Assembly (NCBI GenBank): GCA_965240325.2
Contig: OZ251224.1
Coordinates: 1,550,001 to 1,614,000 of the forward strand
From: Rebecca billardiae RCC1528
Taxonomy: Eukaryota; Protista; Haptophyta
Direction: 5' to 3'
DNA length: 64,000 bases
The notes below the pieces were generated by a model. The model was not told the origin of the DNA and made no database searches. It saw only the letters and a list, made by a program, of their open reading frames with translations. Below, one piece after another: positions 11,493 through 22,859 of this stretch (the first letter of the stretch is position 1; each line of letters opens with the position of its first letter). The translations under genes were made by a program, and so were the position numbers.

Positions 11493-12518
11493 TCATTCGC
11501 GATGGGCCTTGCCCTGAGCCGCTGGGCCATTTGTCGTCGATCCATGCTGCTGCTGCTGCAGCTGCACGGCTGGTTGACCGCTGGGACCCATCTTATTGGC
11601 GCTGCCGGCGCGAGAAGCATATCGCTTCGTCTCAGCCTCGCGAGCGAACGCAAAGCACACGGCACCCACGATCGCAAGGCTGCACCCGAACATGGACCTC
11701 AGCGTGCACCGGTCGCCCAGGATGCTAACACCGAACGCGATGACGGCCACCTTGTTCACGTTGCTCATTACCAGCACGGCAGAGGCAGAGACGAGCCGCT
11801 GCGCGGCCACGCCCGCGTGGCTGATGAGCACTCCATTGGCGCAGCTGGCGAGCAGAAACGCCCATGCCGTCGGCGAGGCGACAGCTGCCGTCTCCCGCGC
11901 GCGCGCGAGCTCGCCCACCCACCATGCAAGGCCGAGCGCGAGCACGCTGCCAAGCGCGTTGTTGATGAGCACGATCCCTGAGGAGGAGATCTTGAGCGGC
12001 GCGATGGCGAGCATCTGGCGCTGTAACAGCCGCTCAAGGATGGCGAGTGAGATATTGAGTAGTAGCCAGCCCATGCCCGCCGACCGGAAGGAGACCCGAA
12101 TGTCGCCCTCGTACATCACGATGCCTGCTGCGATCGCAATCAGCGAGGCAAAGGACAACGGGCCGGCACGCGTCATGCCACACGTGGTCTCGAGCACGAG
12201 GGTGAGCACCGGGCTCAGGTTGCGCACAACCACGACCGTGCCAAGCGGGTTCGTCTGCATCGCCAGGGCGGACGTAACCAGCATGCCTGCGAAGAGAGGC
12301 GGGACTGAGCACGCCCATCGTAGCATGTCATGCCACGGGCCTAGCTGCACCGTCTGGACGCGCGCAAGTGTGCAGACGCACGTCGTAACCATCTGGGCAA
12401 CGACGAGCAGGTATGGGAGCGGCAGATACCTGAGCGTCATCTTGTTGAAGACGGCCATGCCGGCGCTCGCCGCCATGAAAAGAGCACATGCACACACCAC
12501 CTCCCGCCGAGCCGCCAT
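11493..12518 (-). CDS. Nucleotide-sugar transporter (GDP-mannose/GDP-fucose, TPT/DMT family)
   Basis: Multiple hydrophobic segments; GMAVFNK, VVVRNLSP, NNALG and VMSNVNKV motifs typical of GONST/VRG4-like transporters. Confidence 0.8.
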   Translation of the reverse strand: MAARREVVCACALFMAASAGMAVFNKMTLRYLPLPYLLVVAQMVTTCVCTLARVQTVQLGPWHDMLRWACSVPPLFAGMLVTSALAMQTNPLGTVVVVRNLSPVLTLVLETTCGMTRAGPLSFASLIAIAAGIVMYEGDIRVSFRSAGMGWLLLNISLAILERLLQRQMLAIAPLKISSSGIVLINNALGSVLALGLAWWVGELARARETAAVASPTAWAFLLASCANGVLISHAGVAAQRLVSASAVLVMSNVNKVAVIAFGVSILGDRCTLRSMFGCSLAIVGAVCFAFAREAETKRYASRAGSANKMGPSGQPAVQLQQQQHGSTTNGPAAQGKAHRE

Positions 12519-12609
12519 GATAGCTCTGATCTGCTGGAGATCGGTCTCGCTGAGTCGGAGGCCTGGCACATGGCCGCCGCCGGCGAGAGCACGTGCTGAG
12601 AATCACCTC

Positions 12610-13935
12610 ATGAGCGCGCAGGACGACCTGGATGGACTCAGCCGCGATGAGCTGGTCGAGCGTGTGAAGCAGCTGCGTGAGGAGCTTCGGCAGCTAAGCC
12701 GTGCGAGGGTTGCCGCCCCCACCTCCTCAGCCGCTCCGCGGCCCGTCGAACGCGCGGGTGTGAAGTTCGAGGGAAAGAAGAAGCGGCCTCGCGAATTCGA
12801 CATGTCGCGCTACGTGCAGCGCAAGATTGCGCTGCGCATCGCGTACGATGGGCGCACGTTCCACGGGCTCGCGGCGCAGGAGGATAGCGACAACACCATC
12901 GAGGCGCACCTCTTCAACGCCCTGACCAAGACGTGCCTCATCACATCACGCACCGAGTGCGGCTTCTCACGCGGCGGACGCACGGACAAGGGGGTGAGCG
13001 CCACCGGTCAGGTCGTCGCGCTGACCGTGCGCTCCGGGGTGAAGAAGCGTGGCCCTGACGACTGCATCGACTCGCCTTGCGCCCCCGCCGACGACGGCGC
13101 GGAGCTCGACTACGTCACGCTGCTGAATCGGGTGCTCCCCGCGGAGATCAGAGTGCTCGCGTGGGCACCCGTGGAGGAGAGCTTCGACGCGCGCTTCAGC
13201 GCCACGCACCGCGTGTACCGGTACTTCTTCGTGCGCGGGGCGCTCGATCTCGCGCGCATGCAGCAGGCCGCCTCGCACTTCATCGGCGAGCACGACTTCC
13301 GCAACTTCTGCAAGGCAGACACGGAGCACGTGGCGCACTTTGTGCGCACCCTGCTTGCATTTGAGGTGCTGCCGGTCGAGCCTGCGCCCGCGGGGACGGC
13401 CGGCGAGGCGGCTGCGCACATGCAGCTGTGCGCGTGCGTGATCAAGGGGCGGGCCTTCCTGTGGCACCAGGTGCGCTGCATGGTGGCCGTGCTCTTCCTC
13501 GTCGGCCAGGGCCTCGAGGAGCCGGACGTGGTGGCCCAGCTGCTCGACGTGAAGGCCAACCCGTGCAAGCCGCAATACAACATGGCGGCCGAGCACCCTC
13601 TCGTGCTGTGTGAGATCGGCTACCGGCCCGCTCCGGAGTTCACAGCGGGGCATCGTGCGGCCCAGCCGCGCGCGAAGCTGCTGCGCGATGCGCTTCAGGA
13701 CGTGTGCGCGCGCTCGGTCCACCGTGGGTATTCAACGCACCTGCTCGGTGTGCTCACGGGGGGCGCCGATGAGCGCACGTGGTGGCCAGCAGACGGGCAC
13801 GCGCCCGGTGGCGTGGACTGCCTGAGCGCGGCCAATGCTGCCAGAGGGGGCGCGTACACGCCCCTCCTTCGGCGCACCAGGAATGCGCCGTTGCAGCTGC
13901 GCGATGAGACGACGACGCCGAGGGGTACGCAGTAG
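12610..13935 (+). CDS. PUS3: tRNA pseudouridine(38/39) synthase
   Basis: IALRIAYDG, SRGGRTDKGVSA, FDARFSA..RVYRYFF, GEHDFRNFCK and AFLWHQVRCMVAVLF motifs. Confidence 0.92.
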   Translation: MSAQDDLDGLSRDELVERVKQLREELRQLSRARVAAPTSSAAPRPVERAGVKFEGKKKRPREFDMSRYVQRKIALRIAYDGRTFHGLAAQEDSDNTIEAHLFNALTKTCLITSRTECGFSRGGRTDKGVSATGQVVALTVRSGVKKRGPDDCIDSPCAPADDGAELDYVTLLNRVLPAEIRVLAWAPVEESFDARFSATHRVYRYFFVRGALDLARMQQAASHFIGEHDFRNFCKADTEHVAHFVRTLLAFEVLPVEPAPAGTAGEAAAHMQLCACVIKGRAFLWHQVRCMVAVLFLVGQGLEEPDVVAQLLDVKANPCKPQYNMAAEHPLVLCEIGYRPAPEFTAGHRAAQPRAKLLRDALQDVCARSVHRGYSTHLLGVLTGGADERTWWPADGHAPGGVDCLSAANAARGGAYTPLLRRTRNAPLQLRDETTTPRGTQ

Positions 13936-14371
13936 TAGCCAAACTACGCATGTGCAATCCGCCGAACCGTGATTGAATCCACAGACCAGCTGTCCAGCAG
14001 CACATGACAATGATGATGACGATTCCCAGGAGACTATTTTATGATGGCAACGCCGACACTACGGCACTCACTCCGCACTGCCGATCCCGGCACTGATAAC
14101 GGAAGCCGGAAGGCCGTGCCGTCCGACCGCCAGGCCGCCCGGCACCGCCCGCCGACACCGGCCTGATGGCTGATGTCGGCTGATGAGTGATGGCCGATGG
14201 CCGATTATCGCGCTGTCATCCATGCCCATGGCCATATGGATTATGGGATATTGGAAATGAATAGCAGTATCATCGTCATCTGCATCTGAGAATATCGTCT
14301 ATGCTACTAATAACCTCATAAAGTCTACGACTGTGACATCGGCACTAACGCGGGCAGCCTAGTATTCGGAA

Positions 14372-15676
14372 ATGACCGCGTTCCGCGGTCCTTTTCTGCA
14401 TAGAATCAACGCAGTTGGGGGCCCGCGGTGGCCGTGCAATCGCGGCTCTCCGCCGTAGTGGCAGTTCGCCAGTTGAAGTCGGTTCTGAGATGACTGAATA
14501 TAAGCTATTACTAGTCCGACCGTCGCCCTGCCTGCGCGACCGCGAGACTCATTCACACTTCACACAATCACAGCAGCGGACCTGAGACCGCACCCGGCAC
14601 CGGTCGTCAAATCGGACGTCCGTCTGACAACTAGCTGCCAAATGTCCAACTGGCCGATCAGCTCGGATCCGACCCGTCCGCGATCGTGCCATCGGCATCG
14701 GAATTACTACTAGTAGCTGCCAAACTGTGTCCAACTCTGGCTGATCAGCTCGGATCCGACCCGTCCGCGATCGTGCCGAGTGAGTCGTGCCGCGGAGCTC
14801 GGAGTACTGAAGGAGTCGGGTGTGACAGCAGGGTGCTTTAGCGCTGCGGCCCGTGCCAGCCAACGACCAGACGTACTCGTCTGGCCACTTGACCCGTTGC
14901 ACGGGTGAGTGACCGTACGCCCTGCCTAGTGCCTACCGCGCGCGCCGCGCGACCGGCGACTCGGGGTGATGGAGAGCGGATGGCGACAGCAGCAGCAGTC
15001 CTCATGAAGACGATGAAACTGGCGGCACGGGTGCACGAGGTGGCAGGCGAAAGCGCGCCGACGAGACCGCATTTGACACACCTGAGCCGCACGCGCGTGC
15101 CGTCGCCGAGCCGGCGAGCGCTGCAAACGCGCAACCGTAGGCCGCGCGCGCCACGACGGCGCGGCACTAGCTGATGCAGGCCGTACTGCCGGCACTGCTT
15201 CTGCGATCATGCGCCACGGTCGCAGCTGACTGCGTGAGCAGCAAGCGGGAGGCGGGTCCGGAGGCACGTGCAGGCGCCGTCCCGCATATCCGCCATCGCC
15301 CATCGTGCCGGGGCACGTCACCTCCGACGATCCGGATGTGGCCCAGTCCGGACGTCACGCGATCCGGGAAGACGAGTACGATTCGCTCGTAACGAACCGT
15401 TACACTAATGTCACGGCCAGGCTCACGTCCCGTCCATCGATTACTTATGGAATCAGCTGGGCGCGCTCTTTTTCGGCCTAATAGACCTCGATCTCTATGC
15501 GATCTCAAAAACTCGAAACTCGGTCTCCGCCAGCCCTAAAAATCGCCCCCCGTCCCTTTTTTTCCGCCGCCCCCCGTCCCTTTTTTCTTGACGATCAAAG
15601 ATCTTTTTGAAACGTGGTTCGGGCCCGCTGGTGCGGGCTCCACGCTGCGCGCTCCGCCCTGCACCGCGGGCCATAA
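14372..15676 (-). mobile_element. Non-autonomous Helentron/HINE-like element, copy B
   Basis: Colinear with 3612-4925 with the same ends; abuts a TA/CA microsatellite. Confidence 0.7.
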
Positions 15677-15678
15677 AG

Positions 15679-15845
<167 letters not shown>

Positions 15846-16389
15846 CGCCTGGCCCTAGCAGTGGACGGACTCATTCTATGATTTAACGACACAGGTAGGA
15901 CGACGCGGGTCTCCTGATTCGTCGGCGGCAGTGCCCGATCGTCGACACGAAGTCGGCGTTGGTGGCAGAGCATAGCCTGCACCGCGATCGTAAAGCTTGA
16001 GCGCGGCCTTGAGCTGCTGGAGCGCGATCCACCTGCGCTGCGCGGCTCGCATGGCCCTGCTGTGCCCCGAGCGAGGGCGATGGTGCAGGTCCGGATGTCA
16101 GCTGGCAGTCTCAGCCGCTGGTAGCAGCTGGTCGAGCCTGCCCCGTGCTCCCCGAGCGGTCGCGTACTGGACCGTGGACGGGACTGGAAGTGGAACTAGT
16201 AATAAGTGGAGACAGGAGAGGCTCCGATGCTGATTGAAATAATAATATTAATAGCTCGCGAGCTGCTAGCTATACTGCCGCCGAAATAATACGTCCCATT
16301 CATGAGCCACGCTGCCACCCGGGCCCACACCGTGCATCAAGCGTGATTCATCCACCAGTCTCTGACCTCGCCCGTGCCGACGCGTGTCC

Positions 16390-17592
16390 TTACGCCCTCG
16401 CGTCGCCAGCGGATGCGCGTCGCACAGCGCTCACGGCATGCGCCTGCTCGCGCGAACGCTTCTCAGCTTGGGCCGAGCCCTCGGCCTTGTCCGACAATGC
16501 ACCATCGCGGCACCACGAGTGGTGCGGGATGTGCTCCGCGACGGGGCGATCGGTCGGGCTGACGGCGAGCATACTGCACACCAGGTTGCGCGCGGCCGGC
16601 GAGAGCGCGGCCGAGGCCTTCCGGCGATGCCCCTTCATGATGCGCAGCTTGAGCCCCTCCAGGGTCGGCGCGTCAAACGGAAGCATGAGGTGCAGCATCT
16701 CGAACGCGAGGACGCCCAGCGCGAAGACGTCTGCCGCGCGTCCGTCGTACGCTCCCTTAGTGTACAACTCAGGCGCCATGTGGGAGGGGGTGCCGCACTT
16801 GTTGGCCGCGCTCGCGCTCTGTGCCTCCTCGCACGGCGCAGCGAAGCCAAAGTCGACGAGCTTGACCGAGGTGCGGCTGGGGTCGGCGAAGAGCACATTC
16901 GCCGCCTTGACGTCGCGGTGGATGATGCCTGCCTCGTGGCAGTGCGCGAGAGCCTCAGCGATCTGTCGGACGAGAGGCGCGGCGACCGCCTCATCGAGCG
17001 GCCGTGAGCGCTGCCTGAGGACAAGCCGCAGGCTGCCACCCCCGCAGTACTCCATGATGGCGTACGTGTAGTTCGCTCCCTCGATGCACTGGTACAGCCG
17101 CATCACGTGGGTGTGCTCGAGCGCGCGCAGCGCGCCGAGCTCGCGCTGCATTCCCTTCTTCTCCTCGGGGGACGCGTTCACCTTCTTGTGGCTGAAGCAC
17201 TTGATCGCGATCTCGGCCTGGTCATCTTCGCGCTTCTTGCCGCGAAGCACCTGCGAGAACGCACCCTGGGCAATGGGTCCGATCACGTCGTAGTCCTTCA
17301 GGTCCGCCCGGAATTCGGCACCACCGTACGAGCCACGCCGCTGTGCGACCGGCGGGTTGGACAACGGGCGGGTGGCGCCCACGAAGTACGGGCTGGGCAT
17401 GTGCGTCGTGTTTGCGCGCTGTACCAGCGGCCGGAGCGGCGCCGGTGGTGGCTGCCCGTACGTGCTGTGCACTCGTTGCAGCTTGCGGTCGGCGGGCGTG
17501 TAGCCCACCATTTGGATTGAGTTGGCGTGCGTGCTCCAGCCGTGCCTGCTCTGCTCAAGAACTGCCGGGCCGGACGCAAAGTCCTCCGCCAT
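16390..17592 (-). CDS. Ser/Thr protein kinase (CAMK group, AMPK/MARK-like)
   Basis: QGAFSQV, AIK, HRDVKAAN, DFG, CGTPSHMAPE and DVFALGV motifs. Confidence 0.92.
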   Translation of the reverse strand: MAEDFASGPAVLEQSRHGWSTHANSIQMVGYTPADRKLQRVHSTYGQPPPAPLRPLVQRANTTHMPSPYFVGATRPLSNPPVAQRRGSYGGAEFRADLKDYDVIGPIAQGAFSQVLRGKKREDDQAEIAIKCFSHKKVNASPEEKKGMQRELGALRALEHTHVMRLYQCIEGANYTYAIMEYCGGGSLRLVLRQRSRPLDEAVAAPLVRQIAEALAHCHEAGIIHRDVKAANVLFADPSRTSVKLVDFGFAAPCEEAQSASAANKCGTPSHMAPELYTKGAYDGRAADVFALGVLAFEMLHLMLPFDAPTLEGLKLRIMKGHRRKASAALSPAARNLVCSMLAVSPTDRPVAEHIPHHSWCRDGALSDKAEGSAQAEKRSREQAHAVSAVRRASAGDARA

Positions 17593-18162
17593 GAAACGGC
17601 CTCGAAGAGGCCACGCACCTGTCCAGCACACGACAGCACGGCCACGGTACCGACTACCGGACGCACGCACGTTACTAATAGCTTGTGAGTTAGGTACAGC
17701 ACTACAGGAGTCAATACTACAGCCCTAATCAGCTCGCTAGCCATCTAAGCCATGTCGCCGTCGGTCGATCATCGCCCTTATCGCTGTGGCATGGTCAGCT
17801 CGCCTGCTCACCACCGGCGGGAATACGATGACGTCGGTCGACATGATTGTTGTACAAACCGATCCGGTGTAATCCGGCGACGGGCCACCCGGGTCTCTGG
17901 CCCGGGGTCCGAGCAGGGAGCAGCGCGCGTGATGAGAGTTGGTACGACATGATTCATCAGTGGTCACTGTAGATTCGTCATATAATGCCGTAAGACCCCG
18001 ATATCGGTCTAAGATTCGCGTTACAGTACGACGGGAACGGGCAGAACGGCCAGCCAGGCTCCACCAATGGCATCATGGCTCCATGCATCATGCTTAGCTC
18101 TGAATGATGATTGATACTGGGTGCACGACGCCGTTTTTACACTGATTTCCATCCGAACTTTG

Positions 18163-18618
18163 CGATGGCATCGCCATCGATCACGCGGCGGCGGTCAGCG
18201 GTCCTGCGCTTGCTGCACGCAGCTGAATTCCGAATCTGTACTGCCCGCGCCGTTACGGTGTCCCGCGGCCCGCCGCGGCGGCCGCGGCCCGCCCGCGCGA
18301 CGCTCATCAGGGTCTCAGAGATCTATCTTACGACTCATACTCTCTACATTAACCGTCAACGGTATTGACATACCAACGAGTTAGTACTAGTACCGTAGTA
18401 GCTTATGTGGGTATACGCACGCGTAATTAATATTGACTGACGATCCAACGTCATTACAGGCCTAAAGTATCAGAGTCTATAAAGTCGTAACCAATTGTGT
18501 CACGTAATCAAATATATGTTTTTAAAGACATTATAACGTCAGGCGTCAGCGACAGCGTGGTTCGTGCCCGCGCTGCAGGCTCCTCGCTGCGCGCTCTGCC
18601 CTGCACCGCTGGCCATAA
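18163..18618 (-). mobile_element. Possible related short HINE-like element
   Basis: 18556-18618 is homologous to the HINE 5' end (..ccctgcaccgctggccataa). A candidate 3' hairpin CGATGGC-atc-GCCATCG (18163-18179) and a degenerate subTIR (18193-18203) are present; the left boundary is uncertain. Confidence 0.4.
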
Positions 18619-19646
18619 ATGGTATAGATATTCATGAATTCGGAACGGCATTATCAACAGTGACGACCGAAAGGGCTTGCTCGGAATCCGCGCGCGACTT
18701 CCATGACGCCACTGACAGACCGAACGGCTCAGTGAGCCACTGAGGCAGTCACTGAGGGCTGAGGCGGGCGGCGTTCCGACGGGCGGCTGATCCGACAGGA
18801 GTGAACCGGAGACGGAGTAACGCTCACTACTAACGCCTAATACAACGAGCCGCTGAGCTGCCGACGGCACTCGGCTCAATCACAATGCCGGTGTAACTCG
18901 TCGTAGCAGACGTCACAGTCGTCGTGAGTAGCCAGTGACTCGTCGTCGCGGACGCGCCACGCGGTCGCGGGCCGGGCACTCTCTTCAGCTCACTGAAATT
19001 ATGTCGGCGGCAAGTGAGGTCCCGTATCTGTCCGTATCACGTTACACGTATGGTCACGCCCACGGCATGTAATAAGTCTAAGACCGAGGCTCTACGTAAC
19101 AGTATTCATTCAATTTTAATAATATATATATGTGTGCTTAATTAAATACTTATTTCCGGATAGAACTAACGGTATTTCAAGTGACTACGGTGCCGGTTGT
19201 TCTGAGCTGTACCTCTTAGACAACTCATCCGTTTGATCATGACCCGGACAGTCAGCGTGCGCCAGTCTCTGAGACCCGCCCCAGTGCACGGTGGCAGCGC
19301 CGTTACCAGCAGGATTCACGCCCGCCGGCCGTCCGACACGCGTCCGCGCCGCTCGGCACTCCAATATAAGCGACAAGCCAGTTGTCAAAGTCCCTCGCTT
19401 CGTCTCAACAGCATATCCACGGTGCTATCACCTTCACCGCGACGTCGCAGTTCTCTCGCTGCACGCGCAGCCAAGATCCACGACGGACCTCTTGGCACAC
19501 ATATTCGAAGCGGATGAGTGTGGATCGTTGTGGAAAGCCAGGATGCGCAAGAGCTGAGATGAGGACGCCTCCGTGATCGGACATCGTGTCCAGCGAGTGT
19601 GTTGGCGCAGCGAGTGTGCCGGCGATGCCGTTCGGCACAAATGCTA

Positions 19647-20108
19647 CTATGTTCCCTTCTTCTTCTGGGTGCTAATGTACAAGACTGCCCCCGCATCGCG
19701 CCCGTCCACGGCGGCGCAGCGCGCGAAAAGGTCAGCAGTGCAGTGATGGCGACGTGCCACATGCGGAGAGGGCGCGCACCATTGTTCCCACGAATGAACG
19801 CGTCCCCGTACTTTGCCTTGAGCTGGCCGTTCACATACTCCTCGGTCTGCTCCATGGCAATGTTCATGTAGCCATCGAGGCATGCGAGGACGCCTGTGCA
19901 GCGATGCCAATCGCACATGAGTGTTCGGACGATGATCCAGCGCGCCAAGGCGCCGCGCCCGCGTGCGCGCAGGTGAGGGATGCCGCGCGCGCAGCCCATG
20001 ACGCGCACCTCGGTAGTCGACACCCGAGTTGAGCTTCACGACGACAGGTCGTCCAATCACGGACTTGAGGAAGTCCGAGGGGTTGGACTTGCCCTCGGTA
20101 GACGCCAT
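19647..20108 (-). CDS. LSM6: Sm-like protein LSm6 (exons 20108-20009, 19893-19780, 19684-19647)
   Basis: Spliced product PSDFLKSVIGRPVVVKLNSGVDYRG/VLACLDGYMNIAMEQTEEYVNGQLKAKYGDAFIRGNN/VLYIST, with two GT-AG introns. Confidence 0.95.
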   Translation of the reverse strand: MASTEGKSNPSDFLKSVIGRPVVVKLNSGVDYRGARHGLRARHPSPARTRARRLGALDHRPNTHVRLASLHRRPRMPRWLHEHCHGADRGVCERPAQGKVRGRVHSWEQWCAPSPHVARRHHCTADLFARCAAVDGRDAGAVLYISTQKKKGT

Positions 20109-20186
20109 GGCCGCTGGCTCGCGCAGGCACCGTGGACCCGACGGAACTCCGCTGCCGCTGGAGTCCCGCCCGAAGACGCGGCATCA

Positions 20187-21524
20187 ATGGCGTGGGGCAA
20201 GTCCGGCAGCAACGAGCGGCCAGCATGGCTGGGGTCGCTGCAACGCGACGACGCCACGCTCGTGGAGCTCGCGGTGCTTCGACCTCTCGACCGCTCGATG
20301 TGGCTCGAGCTGTGCGCGGCGCTGGGCAAGTCGACGCAGCTCAAGCGGCTCAGCGCGCACAAGAGTTTGGATGAGGAGGTGCTGGGCAAGATGGCCGACG
20401 CCGTGGCGAGCTCGCGCCTCGAGAAGGTGAGCGTGGGCACGAGCGCGCTCGGGGACGCGGGTGTGGCGCTCCTCCTCCCTGGCCTGGCCGCCTGTGCCAC
20501 CCTGACCGCGTGTGACCTCGAGCGCCGAGGCCTGACGGCTGCAGGCGCGCGCGCTGTGGCCGAGCAGCTCGTCGCACGATCGCCATCGCTGCGCTCGCTG
20601 GCTGTCGGGCGCAATGAGTTTGGCTCCGAGGGCGTGCAGGTGCTCGCCCATGCAGTGGCCGCGTCGCGCCTCACGGAGCTGGACATCTCGCACACCAGCG
20701 GCATCGAGCCGGCCAGTGCGGCCGCGCTCGCGCGCGCGTGCCATCCGCCGAGCGCGCTGTCTGCGCTGGTCATGCGCGGTGCGCCACTCGGCGCGGAGGG
20801 GGCGACGGCTTTTGCGAGCGCGCTCTTGTCGGCGTCGGCGAGCTGCACGCTAGCCTCCGTCGTCCTCGCCGACGCGAGCCTCGGCTCGGACGACTCAGCC
20901 GCGGCGCTCCTCACCGCGCTCGCCGGCGCGTGTGCGCACCTCGCGACGGTCGACGTGGAGAGCGCGAACATCGGCCCGGGGGCGTGTGATGCGGTGGGCG
21001 CGCTGGCGGCGCGGCAGCCGCTGCGCGTGCTCAGGCTTGGGCGGAACGCGCTCGGTGACGACGGCATCGGCCGCCTGGCACGCGCGCTCGACGGCCGCGC
21101 GGCCGCGCTGGAGGAGCTCCACCTCGGCTGTGTCGGCCTGGAGGGCGCGGATGCACTCGGCGCTCTGCTGCGTGCGCTGCGCCCGTGCGCCGCGCTGCGG
21201 ACGCTCGAGCTGATGGGGAACCCGCTCGGCGACGCGGGGGTGCGAGCACTCGTTGAGGAGGCCGCCGCCGCGCACGCCGGTGGCCTCGGCGCCGTCGACG
21301 CACTCGGGCTCGCGGGCTGCGCCATCGGCATTGAGGGCGCGCGCACAATTGCTGGCGCGCTGTGCGCGCGCGGCGTGCTGCCGCGCCTGGCCGCGCTGGA
21401 GTGCGCGAAGAATCCGGCGTGCGAGCATGCAGATTGGGAGGCTAGCGTCGTGCGCCCCCTCAGCGAGGCGCGGCCAACGACGATTGTCGTCTGGCGCGCG
21501 CATGGCTCTGAGGCTGCGCCCTAG
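20187..21524 (+). CDS. Leucine-rich repeat protein (RI-like)
   Basis: Repeated LxxLxLxxNxLGDxG motifs, e.g. LRVLRLGRNALGDDG and LRTLELMGNPLGDAG. Confidence 0.85.
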   Translation: MAWGKSGSNERPAWLGSLQRDDATLVELAVLRPLDRSMWLELCAALGKSTQLKRLSAHKSLDEEVLGKMADAVASSRLEKVSVGTSALGDAGVALLLPGLAACATLTACDLERRGLTAAGARAVAEQLVARSPSLRSLAVGRNEFGSEGVQVLAHAVAASRLTELDISHTSGIEPASAAALARACHPPSALSALVMRGAPLGAEGATAFASALLSASASCTLASVVLADASLGSDDSAAALLTALAGACAHLATVDVESANIGPGACDAVGALAARQPLRVLRLGRNALGDDGIGRLARALDGRAAALEELHLGCVGLEGADALGALLRALRPCAALRTLELMGNPLGDAGVRALVEEAAAAHAGGLGAVDALGLAGCAIGIEGARTIAGALCARGVLPRLAALECAKNPACEHADWEASVVRPLSEARPTTIVVWRAHGSEAAP

Positions 21525-22859
21525 GCTGTAGGCAAGGCAAGTCTCACTTGGACGACGCTGACGACGCGGTGGAACTATTTTCGATCATCGTTTTGACATT
21601 CAAGTCAAGGTGCAATCAGAACCCTTTCGGGTATGTAGTTTGGTGCAATCTTCCTATGAGGGTACGACCAAGGGCGGTACGACCAAGCCTTTGGGCTTTG
21701 GTACGACTCCGGTTCCTTTGACTTTTTTAAATTCCCCTTTATAACAGCCAGGTTTGGCGTTTGCCACTGGCGACTGCACACGGCAACAGGGGCGTTTGCG
21801 CCCTGTTGTCGTGTGCACACTGGGGCGCAAAAGGGGTCACCCTCAGGGGGTTTCGCACTGCTGTTGCCGTGTGCACCGGCCCGCTGTGGCCGTGCACACG
21901 GCAACAGGGCGCAAACGGCCCTGTTGCCGTGTGCAGGCGTGCATGGCTTGCGATGGCAGCCAGCCGTCAGCAGGGCGCCACGCCCACTGTTCGTTGGTAG
22001 GCTGGCCCGATGGCGTCGCGGAGCTCACGCGTACGGGGGAGGAGGGCATCGACGAGGAGACGACCAAGGGCGAGAAGCAGCAGGGGGCACGCAGCACGGG
22101 GCTCGGAGCATGCCGCGAGCACGCGTGCCTCCACACCGTCGCACATCAACCTTGCTCGTAGCTGTGCGCTGTGCTGCCACTCATCTCACCATCGCCCATG
22201 CTACGGGCGGGGCCCGGTGGTGGGCATCTACCTGTCGGCGCAGCACTGGCACCGGTGGTCGCCAGACACTCCTCGACTTGCTCTGCGCGTCACAGCAAGG
22301 AGACGGCAGCGGCACAGCTGCGTGAGCACATGAGGTCCTACTACTCTAGTAGTACTCGGCGAGGCAGTACAGGCATGGACTGCACTCCAGGTGCATGCGA
22401 GCTACTGGCATACTCCCCTACTCAGACCGCAGGACCATCAATGCGGCGCTGCTTCGGATACACGAGCGCAGCGCTGCTGGTAACAGCGGCGCTGTTGATG
22501 CTGCAGCAGCAGTACGTACAGTATAATGACGGGCGGCAGCAGTTGCTCCAACTAACAGCTCGGTGGTGCTCGCTTGAACGGCCTGGGCAATGGCGCGCCA
22601 AACGCAGCGACCTGGCCCATCGCGCCCGCATCGATGGGGTCGCTGGCACCTGATGATGCTGCACCCGCGCCCATCCGGGCCGCCAACACCAGCGGCAGCC
22701 ACGCTCGAGTCTGCACTGCATGCGGCAGCAGCTGCTGGAATGGTCCCGCGGCGGATGACGGCTTTCGCCGCAGATGACAGCTCGGTGTCGCTCGCTCGAG
22801 GGGCCTCGTCGATGGACGCGCCGAGCGCCGTGACGTTGCTCCACACGACCACGGCACTG

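Noticed and set aside
11596-12609. Apparent 779-aa PUS3 ORF
   Set aside because: The N-terminal part is antisense to the transporter gene.
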